A stretch of 64,000 nucleotides of DNA from Scyliorhinus canicula (Eukaryota). Shown in pieces: positions 44,595-57,178 of this stretch. How positions within the stretch are numbered: position 1 is the stretch's first letter; every line of letters begins with the position of its first letter. A model generated the notes under the pieces. It was given only the letters and a program-made list of their open reading frames with translations. It was not told the origin of the DNA and made no database searches. Made by a program: the position numbers and the translations under genes. The stretch spans positions 1,118,966 to 1,182,965 of the forward strand of contig NW_024055461.1 in the NCBI RefSeq assembly GCF_902713615.1, given 5' to 3'.

Positions 44595-45092
44595 GGCTAC
44601 AGGGCGCATAAATATACCGCACTGTCAGAGATCAGGGTGTTGCCAATCATTAGACTGGTAATCTTGGCAGTTTTATCTAAAGTAGCTGAAAAGCGGTCAC
44701 TGATGTCGCTGTGTCTGAATAGTTTACCGCCCAGAATATGAAGCAGATAATATGGAGGCTGCCCGACGATCTGACTGTACCAGTACACATACGGATCAGA
44801 ATCGCTTGTTTTCAAAGTGCAGGTTAGTCTGATATTACTTCCCTCTTCAACCGTTATTTTTGCAGCCGACTGCTCCACTGTGTCTTGGTGGCTCCATTCT
44901 GATATCAAAATAGAAGAAAAACAACAACAGTATCAGTCTCATATTCAACTGTTGACACATCATAATCAGCATCACTATTATTTTTATCAATAATAACATC
45001 TGGGTTAGAGCAATGAGGAGGAGACTGATGTGTTACTGGGACTTACTGAAAAATGATATAGCGATGAAGATCGGAGCGAGACGGTTCCTCAT
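44595..45092 (-). CDS. TCR V segment, divergent family A, intact except TAG at CDR3 start
   Basis: Leader MRNRLAPIFIAISFF 45047-45092, exon from 44898 WSHQDTVEQ...YWYSQ...VYLCAL* (TAG 44597-44599); RSS CACAGTG 44588-44594, 22 nt, ACACAAACC 44557-44565. Confidence 0.8.
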
Positions 45093-46276
45093 GGTCCTTC
45101 CTGAGTCTGTAACTGCGCAGAGAGAGAAATCCTCTGTCAGAGACAGAAATACAGCTCCCCGTCCCCCTGCACGGCTGATTCAACCAATGAACGGAGCAGT
45201 CAATAACACAATTGGGGCAGAGAAGCAAACGGAAGCTGTGGGCGGGGATGCAGCAGACTCAATATTGAGTGCAGTGTGCGCAGCTGCACTCAGTACTGAC
45301 GGAGAGGAATTAGCAACGCTTGAATCTGCAAACGTCGGAGACCACCTTGCACCTGCTCACTGTTCAAATGGCTGCAAATAAATAGACGGTAGAAGAATGA
45401 AGGAAGACAAATATCAGCAAATCCGAAAATGACACGAGCCCTTTCGGCCTATCCTACCATAATTATCCAATTCGTCTTTCAGCCTCACCCCGCCCGCACT
45501 TTTCACATAGCCCGCCATTTCCCCTTTCCTCGATGATTCCCTTTTGAAAGTTACATTTAATATTTTTACTGCCAGCCTTTTTAGGTAGTAAATTCTAGAT
45601 TTGAACACATCTCATTTTAATCAAGGAATCTAACATCTCTCTGTCTTTTGCCTCTTAATTAGGGATGCTTGGGCTAGCATTTTAGTGGAAACAGTTGCAC
45701 CCACAGCGATTCCTAAATAAGTCTTTCATTTTACTGGTTTGATATAACAAGAACAATCTCAGTTTCTCTGCACCGTTCTCCTTTGTGAAGTCTCCAATTC
45801 CTGGTACAATTCTAGTGTATACCCTTCACACCGTCGCGCATGTCTTTAGATTTTCTTTTCTGAAATACCAGTTTCACCCATGTGAACACATATTGAATAA
45901 CATCTTTTGAAGCATAAACATCAAGAAAAATAAAGATTGTGTCTCATCAGCTCCAATTTAGATTTCCAGGAGGCAATATTTGACACTTCTAAAAAAATCT
46001 AAATCAATGAACACTAAATCAACCCAATGACCTCATTCAAGTCCGGATTGAATAGAATCCGCCAGCAGGGATAGTCAAACTGAAGCATGCTAATCCTAAA
46101 GTCCCGTGTGGCCACGTCAACGCCAATAGGGATGGTAACCTGAGTGAGGTCACAATGGGTCTGGCCTCCTTCAGTGTGTGGGTGGAACAATGAGCCATAA
46201 TGAGGCCGGGTTCCCTTCCTCCTCCTCAATCCCTGACTCATTACATTCCCGTTCATTGAGAGAGATTCAGTCAGGC

Positions 46277-47015
46277 ATGTTTCTGATAATACTGGCAACG
46301 CTGATGCATCGTAAGTCCAGGGTGAAGATCACCAGGATAATTTAGCAGATTGACGCAAGAGTTTTTGCTTTAATTTATAGTTGACCAGAAGATCGACTTT
46401 GTCGGCTGGTTTAATTCAGTTGGCTGGAAACTTCATTTGTGATGCAAGCGCGGGTTCAATTCCATACCGCCTGAGGTTACTAATGAAGAACCTGCCTTCT
46501 CAACTGTCCCTTGACGGAGATGTGGGAATGCTCAGGTTAAATCATCACCATTCAGATCTCCCCCTCAAAGGGGAAAGTAACCTATGACAATCTGGGACTT
46601 TATCTACTTATCTATATATATTATGGGAGTCTTGGTAAATGGGAATTAACACACACATGCAGATAGACACAACTCTCGATCGATCCTCTTTAAGGCGATG
46701 CTCTTATGTCCATTCACTTTCACAGGCGAATTGTGTGTAGTTCCCGTAACTCAATCTCCGGTGTCCTTAACTGTGTTAGAAGGAGGATCGGCGCAATTCG
46801 ATTGTGAATCTACAGACCAGTTTATATAAACCATGCAATAGTATCTACAAAAACAGACACAGCCTCCAAAATGGATAATTAGCAATGCGGTAAAACTGAA
46901 AAAAGATGAAATCTCTGGGCGATATCTGGCAGCTGCCAGGAGTCTACAAGTCTGGTTACCTCAATATAAGCAACCTCAGTGTGGAGGACGGAGCGGTCCA
47001 TTACTGTGCATAGAG
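46277..47015 (+). pseudogene. TCR V pseudogene, family B
   Basis: Leader MFLIILATLMH 46277-46310, exon from 46726 VTQSPVSLTVLEGGSAQFDC; TAA, Trp41>TAG, frameshift; nonamer ACAAAAACC 47047-47055, heptamer decayed. Confidence 0.85.
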
Positions 47016-49431
47016 GCAGCGCGTCAAATAAAAGACAAGAGCTCGTACAAAAACCTCAGCAAGTACTTACCTGTCGGATAATTAATTGCGATGCCTCGTT
47101 GCCCTTGTCCATTTCAAGAGAGATCCGCCCCCCGAATTCCTGCGACCTAGTTCTATGTCCGCAGTTACACATTTCAGTAAATACCACGGAGCTTACCCCG
47201 AATATTTATGTACCAATGGAGGTCGAAATCAGCCAACAAATATGGAATGAGTATAACTGTGCAGTACGGGCTGTTCTTCCAAAGAGGGAGATAAGCAGGA
47301 AAGGCAATGATCATGAAAGAAAGACATGAAGGCAAACAGAGCGAGACAGAGAGAGAGAGAGCGGAGAATTTAGATGATTATATTGTGAGAGAGAACAATG
47401 CAGCAATACGGAGTACTGGGAACTAACAAATGAAGAAAAACAAATGACAAATTTGTTTTGTTGAGGGAGAACCTCGACGTCAAAGCATGTTTAAGGCAAG
47501 GAAATACAAATTCGTTTCGAGGAGGTCACCTTATGTCCAGAATGCAGCAAAGATGTACTTCCAATGTCGTTGTGGTACCAAAGCCAGAAAATAACTGCTA
47601 ACTAATCTTTGAACTACCTACATCATGTATAATATGGATGGTAAACAAGGAGTCTGAGTGATTCGCATAGAACTATGTTATAAGTCGCACAAATAGAAAT
47701 TAAATAGTGTCTGAGTTACGGGTGTTAGAAAACCGTGATTGTTAGGTAATCAAGTGGAATAAGTGATACTTGGGAGGACATATCAATCTGGGGCGAATAG
47801 AGTTTTACCGAGAAATTAATTCTCACTGAGAGTGAGAGAATAACAAGAAGCGATGCAACGTGCAGGGTAGGTCCTGGTCGGCCGCTCACCAAAGCAATAA
47901 ATTATCTGTCAAGTAGAAATATAAAATCTAGTCGGACTGAACTGCTGACCGAACCAAGGACAGAATTGGGCCAAGCGAAGCAATGATTGTAATAGTACAA
48001 TCGGATTAAACCGAGAGTAGTAAACGCAATAACGCAATGCTCAACATATCACAGACTCAAAACTGATCAAACTATCAGCTGCCAGCGCAATTGATGGAGT
48101 GGAAATGTCAGCGATTGAGCCTCCAGAATTTGTGCACTTTCTGCACCTTTTCATTTCTCCAATGACTGAGGGGAATAAAAACAAGTCTGTCGGCAGGAAG
48201 GACCCAAAATCACAAACATTTAGGGAACGGAATAAGGCCTATTTGAAAGTGCGACAACGAGCGGCTTTCACACCCGCATTGTCCACGTTGCCTTCCATTT
48301 TTTAATTTATGGCAATATCCCTTTGACAAGTTCATGTTTATCTTCGCCCTTTATCATTTTGATGCGGTATTCCTGGTAATAATAAACCACAATGGAAAAA
48401 ATAAAATTCATCTTTCACTATACATTTTCCATGAAATTGAAGTGATTTTGTCATTGAATCGTCTACCAATGGAAGTAATTACATGCGATCTACTCCAGCA
48501 CAAGAGCAAAATTCTGAGGAGATAAATTGATTCTCCTTTCTACCTTTTTTGTGACAAGCAAAATAATCCAAGATTCCCTTGTCTATTTTCATAAACGTCC
48601 TTCATTCCTGGTACTCCTCTGATATATAACATCTGCACTCTATCCAAAGCGTTAACATTCTTTGTACTTTATCTTTCACTGGATTTGGACAGAGAAATAC
48701 AGCAATAAGTTCTACAGAGTTAGGAGCACGTTTTGATATAAACATAAACAGTGACAAAACCTCTGTCCATATTGCTCCAATTTGTAGAATAGAATCATAG
48801 CATCTCTACAGTGCAGAAGGAGGACATTTGGCCATCGAGTCCGCACCGATCCTCTGGAAGAGCACTCCACCCAAGCCCACTTCTCCACCCAATTCCTGTA
48901 ATCCTTGAACCTAATCTAAACATCCCTGATGCTGAGGGACAATTTAGCATGGCCAATGCACCCAACCTGCAAATCTTTAGACTGTGGAAGGTAACTGGAG
49001 CACCCGCAGGAAACCCACGCAGAAACGGGGAGAAAGTGCAAACCCCACACAGTCACCCAAGGCCGGAATTGAACCTGGGCCCCTGGTGCTGTGATGCAGC
49101 AGTGCTAACCACTGTGCCACCGTGCTGAAATTAGCTTTCTGGCAAACGTTCATGTCTGCAGAAAAAATACTCACCGAATCCACGCAATGACCTCCTCCTA
49201 CATATGGAATACTTAGAACCCTGCATCAGAGGGATCCAATGTCAAGCATGGGCCTGATTAAGTCACGTGATAGCATTGACAAATCAATGGGGACGGTATC
49301 CGGAGTGATGTCACAATAGCACTGACCACCTGCAGTGTGTGGGTGGAAGAACGAGCTGAACAGAGCCCGGTATCCCTCTCTGCTTCTCTGCCTCATCCCA
49401 TTCCCATTCACTCAGAGAGATTTAGTCAGAC

Positions 49432-49826
49432 ATGTCTCTGTTAATACTGGCGGCGCTCTTGCACAGTAAGTATTGGATTATAGGCTGGATTCTCCGGAAC
49501 CTCAGCCGCGTGTTTCTCGGACGGACAACTCACTCTCAGATTCTCGCAACTCCAATAACACAGTGACCGGTGACAAAATACGCATCAGAAGGATGTTCAG
49601 TGCAGTTAGATTGCGAATATACAGACCCGACTATGTACCACATGCTATGGTATCAGCAAAAACCGGCACAGCCGCCGAAATTGATCATCATGAACATATT
49701 GGCGATGAAGAAAGAGGAGATCTCAGGACTATATCTGGCGGCTGCCAACAAGTATAAAAAGAATGGTTACCTCAATATAAACGCGCTCAGTGTGGGGGAC
49801 GGGCGGCTTATTACTGTGCAATGAGC
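49432..49826 (+). pseudogene. TCR V pseudogene, family B
   Basis: Leader MSLLILAALLH 49432-49465; acceptor region deleted; TGA 49564-49566; 1-nt deletion before YYC; heptamer CCAGTG; nonamer 49855-49863. Confidence 0.85.
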
Positions 49827-50404
49827 CAGTGTCACATAGCAGCTAAAATCACGTACAAAAACCTCAGAGAGTATTTTCAGTTCCACTAAATTTGCGTTCC
49901 TGCCCTTGTCGCGGATGATGGGTTGATCTCGATTCAGAAAAACACTCAGGTCTCTTTATCCACCAATTACATTGCCGTCTCAGTCCTTGTCCCGGTCAAT
50001 AGAGGAGCCGTTTGGGCTTCGTGAGATTAATCTGCATGTCGCGATGCACAGTAAATTTAAACTTGGAATATCCACTTCCGAGCAGAAGTAATGAAAGTTC
50101 TGAGATGTGGGGATAATAAAATTTTCCAGGACCGCTAACTTAAGTCGACCTTATGCCAACGAGTCTGAGCCCCTAGTAGTCTTCAGTAGAACATCGACTT
50201 TCCGATCGAAAATACATAAAATCTATGTTGACACTTCCTGCTTTCTGTTATGGAGGTTCCCAGATAAGGGACGTGTTTCAACGAAAGTGTGGTGCTGTCC
50301 AAGTGAATTCTGTAACATCCACGGGCCTGTGATGAGTCCACGGCTCAAAAATGTCCATGCCCGCGGGGCCATGTGTACGCTCCTTCCAGATATTTTCCGC
50401 ACTG

Positions 50405-50631
50405 CCTCAGGGGACCAATATTGCCAGCATTCTCATTCGGTCCCTGGCAATCACTGTTGAAATTCACAGAGTTGTGATCCTGTTCTGATAACAAGTAAGG
50501 TGCGCCCGCTGCAGCATGGAGTTACTTCTATCGCTGTAATATCCTTCATGGCTCTGAGCTGGGGAATAGTTCAACGATGCTGTGTCTCGCTCGATAACAA
50601 ACACCGACTCAGGAGATTGTGACACCTCTTC
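50405..50631 (-). pseudogene. TCR V pseudogene, family C, uninterrupted exon
   Basis: EEVSQSPESVFVIERDTASLNY...MLQRAHLTCYQNRITTL*...; Cys23>Tyr. Confidence 0.75.
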
Positions 50632-51269
50632 ATGGACCTGCTAACAGACGAATGTTGAGCCGGAGTTGGCTATTCATCCCCTTGAGCCTTCTCCAACATT
50701 CAATACGTTCGTGACAGTTGCGAACATGACCTCAGATTCACATTTCACCTACCCCGGATGCATTTGCTTACCTTTCAGTCGAGAATCCAACCACATCTGT
50801 CTAAAAATCTTCAATGGACTTACCTCAGCGGTCTCTGCGGGAGAATTCCATAGATTCACGAAGCTCGCTCAGAAAAAATGGCCAATGGTTTACATATCCC
50901 GTCTTGCTCCATTTTCACATAATCATTATAAATGGCGATGGTCTTTCTGACTGTCCCGCCTTTTTGCTAAGATGAGCGTGAGGTCAGGTGTGATGCCTGG
51001 ATCTGGTATGTCTCTTCTGGGGGGCATGCATTGGATTCAATTTGAATTGGTTTTTGGAGCAGGCATGGAGCTGCATTAGGGGTTTGCCCCTGTCCCGACT
51101 CTGAGCTCTAGCTTTGTAACTCTGATAAGGTCTTAAAAAAAAAACTTGAGCAGCCGGAGGAAACCCTCGCAGACATGGGGAGAAAGTGCAAACTGCACAC
51201 TCACGGCCGGAAGTGAACCCGGGTCCCTGGCGCTGTGAGGCAGCAGTGCTAACCACTGTACCACTCCTG

Positions 51270-51830
51270 TGCTTGCAGGGACAATAGAGGCATGGATTAT
51301 AAAAACAGGGAGATCATGTTGGAGTTGTACAGAACTGTCGTGAGACCGCAGCTGGAGTACTGTACAGTTCTGGACGCCACATTATAGGAGGATGCGATTG
51401 CACTGGAGGGGGTGCAGAGGAGATTCGCCACGATGTTGCCTGGGATGGAACATTTATGTTATGAAGAGAAGTTGCATAGTCTTGGGTGTACAAGATTACG
51501 AGGGTCATGGCAGGGTGGATAGGGAGCAGCTGTTCCCCTTAGTTGAAGTGTCAGTTGCGAGGGGACACAAATTCAAGGTGAGGGGCAGGAGGTTATGGGG
51601 GATTGGAGGAAAATCTTATTTATTCAAAGGATGGTGACTATCTGGAGTAAACTACGTGGGAGGGTGGTAGAGGCAGTGTGCTTCACATCCATTAAATAGT
51701 ACCTGGATGAGCACATTACACGTCTTCACATTCAAGGCTATGGAACACATGCTGACAAATGAGGTCCTGTAGTTAGTCCTGTATTTTTCACGTGTTGGTT
51801 CAGACTCGATTGACCGGAAGGCCTCATCTG
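51270..51830 (+). mobile_element. CR1 3' fragment
   Basis: LEYCTVLDATL...VQRRF...DREQLFPLVE...RGHKFKVRGRR. Confidence 0.75.
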
Positions 51831-51944
51831 AACTGGTGGTTCTGTGTATCTGGGATTCTGAGTGCTATAACATTCCTGGCGCTATATTAATTCCGCGAGT
51901 GACAAACTTCCAGTATTTCCGCGTACATATTTATGTCCAGGTAT

Positions 51945-52172
51945 TGGCTGCCCAATTTTACTGGCCTTGTCTTTCACTGGCGTGTCGCTGGCAATCAGGG
52001 GAATGCATTTCTCTGCTGCAATAAAGCAAGATGTGATAATGTTGGGATAGCAAGTACCGTGAGCTGGCTGCGGCAAAGGGATCGCCGCACCATTGAAGGA
52101 TACGGCCTGCTGGTGTGGGGGCTCAGCTCAACGATTCTGTGTCTCTCTCAGTAACAAACACTGACTCGGGAA
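51945..52172 (-). pseudogene. TCR V pseudogene, family C
   Basis: FPESVFVTERDTESLS*APTPAGRILQWC, then MPQPAHGTCYPNIITSCFIAAEKCIPLIASDTPVKDK. Confidence 0.75.
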
Positions 52173-53442
52173 AATGCAGGGCATTTTCATTGCCATATGA
52201 GCATCCGACTAGGGAGCAGGGAGTTGGTCAATCGGCCACTCGAGTCTACTCCACAATTCAGTGACATCATGACTAAGGTGACCATGGCCTCAGCTCCACA
52301 TTCCGTGTAACCCAAGGACGCTGGTAAAGGTATAATCAGTAAATTCGCAGATTCCGAGAAAATTGTTGATGTGGTAAATAGTGAGGAGGAAAACCTTAAA
52401 ACAGTGGCAAATTGACTCTGAAAATTGTGAGGTGATGCAATTTGGGAGGGCTAGAAAGGCAACGGAATATATAATGAAATATAGGCCGCTCGGTAATTAC
52501 AGTAACCAGAGGGACCTCGGGTGCGTATCCATGGACCCCTGAAAGCAGCAGGACAGGAAAATACGGTGGTTATGAAATAGTTGCGTTTATTTTCCGTTGA
52601 ACATAAGAGCAGGGAGGTTATGATGAAGCTGCAGAAACACTGGTTAGGCAACGGCTGGATCCCTGTGTGCAGTTCTGGTCGCCACACTACCGGAAGGGTT
52701 TGATTGCACGAAAGAGGATGCAGTGGAGATTCCCCAGGATGTTGCCGGGGATGGAGTGTTTCTGCTATGAAGACAGGCTGATTAGCTTAGGGTTGTTTTC
52801 CTCAGAGCAGAGAAGGCTGAAGGGGGGCCTGATTCAGGTTTATTAAATCTATCTAATCCACCTATTCTGCATATTTTTGGGTTGTAGGAGGAAACCGCGG
52901 CACACGGAGGAAACCATCACAGACCCGGGGACAACGTGCAAACGCCACGAGCTCGTCCAAGGCCAGAGTAGAATCCGGGTCCCTGGCGCTGTGAGGCAGC
53001 AGTGCTAGCCACTGTGCCGCCCTAAATAACCGAACTCTTTGAGCAGGTTTTTGATTATATGACCTGAATGCTCCTCTGAAACTCCTTTGGACATGTAATG
53101 ACGTGAAAAGCGCAATATGAATTTAAATTGTTGCATTTGTTATAGTTCAGTGAGACCTGATAGTTTATTGAGTAAATGAGTCTGGACACCAATATATGAA
53201 CAAGAAGCAGGAGTTCTGGAATCACAGATCGATTCGTCAATCTTACATCTGTTATGAATGCAAGTTGCAATCGTAAACTGGTTTAACTGTGCAACTGGAC
53301 CTCACCTCTTGCTTTTTGTGCGATGTTTTGTTACAATGTTTGTCACTCACTGTGGAAACTGAACTGCCGATGAGGGAGCAGCAGCTGGAATTGCCAGTGT
53401 GGGGTTTTTGTACGGGGTCCACCATATCTCTGTAGCAGTGTG

Positions 53443-53947
53443 GGCTGCATGCAACAGAAATACACGGCGCTGTCGGAGATCATTGTGTTACTGATCGTTA
53501 GCTCGGTAGTCTTGTTCTTTTTATCAAACGTAGAAGAAAACCGATCATTGAGGTCGGTTTTTCTTTGCACAGCCTGTCCAATAAGAAGAAACATGTACAT
53601 TGGAGCTTTCCCGGGCTGCTGACTGTACCAGTACACATAAAGGCTAGAAGCGCTTGTTTTCAAGGTGCAGGTTAATGTAACTTCATTTTCCTCTGTAACT
53701 GTTATTTCAGGTTCCTTTTGTTCCACGGTGTCCTGGTGGCTCCATTCTAACAGAAATAACAACAATAATGACAATCAGAGTTAGCATCGCATTCAGCAAT
53801 ACTATCATCAGCAAAATAATAACTGTCATTTTACCAACAATAAAATCTGTGTTACAGCAGCCAGGAAGAGAATGAAGTGTCACTGGGAAGGAAATACTGA
53901 CTGAGAAGTGAGATAACGATGATGAGCGAAGCGAGATGGTTCCTCAT
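53443..53947 (-). CDS. TCR alpha/delta V segment, family A, intact
   Basis: Leader MRNHLASLIIVISLL 53902-53947 (donor GTCAGT), exon 53443-53746 ...YFCCMQ; RSS CACACTG 53436-53442, 24 nt, ACAAAAACC 53403-53411. Confidence 0.88.
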
Positions 53948-54719
53948 GATCCTTCTTGAGTTTGTAACTCTACAATGAGATCAATCCTCTGTCAGAGACA
54001 GAAATACAGATCCTCGTCACACTGCACTGCTGACCCGACCAATGAGAGGAATGAACCAGCAGCAGCAATCTCTCCAGTAACACAATTGGGTCAGAGTGAG
54101 AGCAGCAACCGGAAGCTGTGGGCGGGGATATCGCCGTCTGAATATTGAGTGAAGTGTGCGGTGACTCTCAGCTGCACTCCGAACTGATGGAGCGGAAATA
54201 GCGACGGTTGAATCTTCACTAGACTGTAACCATCCTGCACCTGCTCACTGTGCAAGGTACTGAGAAGAAATAGATCGTGAGGACATGACGGACTAGAATC
54301 TAGAATCTTCGAGTCAGGGATGAGGCCACACGATCTATATTGCCCGAGACACTTTGAAATGGTTATCTTATTCTTCTTTCAAAAATAGCATTTTCTACAT
54401 AGCCGGGTAATTGCCTTTACATTTCCTTCTTAATGTTATTGTTGAATTTTCTTCCTTTATTTAGACACCTCTTCTGTAGTTCAGCAAATCGCAGTGTAGA
54501 TAATGAATGGAATTTTCCTGGGCTTTATTTCTCCTCGATCCCTGTATTATCTAAGGATCTGCTCGTGGAAACAGCTCCGTGTCATCTTCTTTGACAGACC
54601 CACTTATATTTCAGCAACTCAGTACAGTCTCTCCTTTACTTTCTTTGACCTAAGGAGAGGTGGCCTTGTGGCGTCATCGGCAGCTTCCGTGCCTCTGGCG
54701 CCTTAGTCGTGGAGCTTTA

Positions 54720-55560
54720 CGGCAAACAAGAGGCCCTTTGACACATCATGTTTGCCCCGGTCATCAAGTACCGATCTAGTCTAAACCAATTTCTGACACT
54801 TGGCCCGGAGCCTTGCATGCAATGGCGTTTCAAGTCCTAATCTAGACGCTTCTTTATTGCTGTGAGTGTTCCCGCCTCGACCAGCCTTACAGGCAGAGTT
54901 CCGGGATCTCACCACACTCAAATTCCCTTTAAATCTTCTGCCCCTTACCTTAAATCTACGCCTCCTCGTTGTTGACCCCTCTACTAATGGAAAGGTATCT
55001 TCCTATCTATATTACGCATAATTTTGAACACCTCGATTAGGTTCTCCTCAGTATTCTCTGCTTTAAGGACAATATTCCAGCCTATCCAGCCTCTCCTCAT
55101 AGCTGAAACATTCCTTCCCAGAAAACCTCCGGATTAATCTCTTCTGCAGCCTCTCTGGTATAATCGCATCCTTTCCGTAAGGTGGCGACCAGATGTGCAC
55201 AAAATACTCCAGCTGAAGACTAACCAGCGTTTTAAACAGCTCCATAATAACCTCCCAGCTCTTATATTCCATGCCTCAGTTAATGAAGGCAAGTATCCCG
55301 TATGTCTTGTTCACCACCTTATCTACTTGTCCAGTTGCCTGCGGAGATCTGTGGGCATGAACACCAAGGTCCCTCTTGCCTCTGTATTTCTTGGCGTCCT
55401 GCCATTCATTGTGTATTTTCTTGCAATGTACGTCCTCCCAAAATGCATCAGCGTTAAATTCCATTTGCCACTGTTCCTCCCATCTGGCCCGTCCGTCTAT
55501 ATCATCCTGCAATCTATACCATTCCTCCTCGCTATTTAGCACACCTACGATTTTCATGTT
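54720..55560 (-). mobile_element. CR1 ORF2 C-terminal fragment
   Basis: LFKTLV..QLEY.V..WSP.Y.KD....ER.QKR...YEERLDRL. Confidence 0.75.
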
Positions 55561-55836
55561 GCCTGCGAACGACGGTTGGGGATTGCTCAGTAGATTGGAA
55601 AGCCAGAACGGTCTGGATTCCTGTTCCAGCTCTGGGGTGGTTGTGACCTGTCTCCCCGTGACGTTGCAATGGATTGGACCTGCCTTCCGACAGATATTGC
55701 CAGGGAAAGAAATAATGAGAAGAATCCAGATTTGGATAGTCAATTCTCATTCCTGACATTGATGTCTTGACATACAAATCAATAAACTTTAAGTCCATTC
55801 AGTAACCCCCATTCTGAACCGGTTGAACAGAATCCA

Positions 55837-55850
55837 CCAGCAGACGGCGC
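55837..55850 (+). promoter_or_regulatory. CTCF-like site ~190 bp upstream of a V-B leader
   Basis: CCAGCAGACGGCGC; a weaker GCAGCCGAGGGCGC sits at the same offset before ATG 3992. Confidence 0.4.
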
Positions 55851-56037
55851 AAAGCCAAAGCATGATGATTGGAAAGTCACATGAGACCAAAGCCAGGCGT
55901 ATACTCAGTGATGTCACATGGGCCTGGCTCCCTTGCTGTGTCTGGGTGGGACATTGAGCTGAACAGAGCCCGAGTTCCTTTGCTTCTCTCAATCTCTAGC
56001 TCATTCCATTCCCAATCACTGAGAGATCCAGTCAGAC

Positions 56038-56453
56038 ATGTTTCTAATACTACTGGCGGGGCTCTTGCACATTAAGTACTGGATTATGCTCATCAAGACA
56101 GTTTAACAGATTGATGGGAATTTACACAGACTCATACAGTTAGATAGAGGATAATACCTTGATCCTGTTTAACCTCCTGCTCTTTAGATCCTCTACTTTC
56201 ACAGACGAACTACTTGCAGATCCAGTTTCCGGTGACAGTAGCTGTGTTTGAAGGGTTGGATTGCGAATATACAACCCAGGTAATAAGAAACATCCACTGA
56301 CATGGACGGAAATGGGCACAGTGTCCAAACTGGATTATTAATGAAGTAGTAAGACTGTAAAAACTGTAAAAAGATGGAATCTGAAGACAATGTCTACCTG
56401 TTGCTCATAATATAAGCGGCCTAAGTGTGATGGTCTTTTCCTGTGCAGTGAAA
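56038..56453 (+). pseudogene. TCR V pseudogene, family B-like, heavily decayed
   Basis: Decamer at ~55906, leader MFLILLAGLLH with donor GT>TT, deleted FR1, ends SCAVK then CACAGCA. Confidence 0.7.
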
Positions 56454-56559
56454 CACAGCATCAGATAAAAACCAATAACCCGCAAAGAAATCCTCTGCGA
56501 GTATTTGTGTCGTCTTCTTTAGCGCCTTGATCAGCCGGGTTAATTCCATCCCAGGCCCA

Positions 56560-56950
56560 CGGAAAACAAACATTGTCAGGTTTGTTTATCAAACATTTGC
56601 ACTGTTGGCCTTGTTCAAATCAACCGATCTGAGAAGTCTTGTGACGTAGCTCAATGTCTCAGCCGATACCTCATCAGTAAACATCTCGCAGTTATTCCGT
56701 AATATTAACCTGCCGACCTAGACAGAGAAAGCTCTTGCACATGGAGTGATTATAACTGAACTGTCTTTCTAGAGCCTTCAACTCGGACGGATCCTGGGAG
56801 ACTGATTGTGCATCACTCATCCCTGTAACAAAACTGGAATGTGTCTCAGTCTGGAATTTGATTTAAAACAAGAAATAGACAACGGCCTCTGAATATTGAC
56901 TCACCGAACGGCACAATGATTATTATCTTGAAGCACCATGGAACCCGTGT
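56560..56950 (-). pseudogene. TCR V relic, family E
   Basis: ATG-less leader ...PWCFKIIIIVPF-G|GTGAGT, exon GMSDAQSVSQDPSELKALE resembling the 60.0k V. Confidence 0.55.
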
Positions 56951-57178
56951 TCTCTGGTTGTGACTTCTAAATAAATAAAATGAATTTAAATGGATTCTGG
57001 CCCTTCGTTTCTGATATGAAAGAGCAAACCCAAATCATGAACAGATCTCACTCATTGCCGCATATCCACGGAACAGTGTTACTAACATCCTTGCTCTCGG
57101 ATAACTGCACAGGCTACACACTTTCAGAATCACCCGGCATGTTTTTGTACAGCGCTGAATGGCCTTGAGTTCACTGTG

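Noticed and set aside
21300-54300. Duplications as haplotype or assembly artefacts
   Set aside because: Copies differ by many substitutions and by private insertions with TSDs, unlike collapsed alleles; read-level confirmation is still needed.
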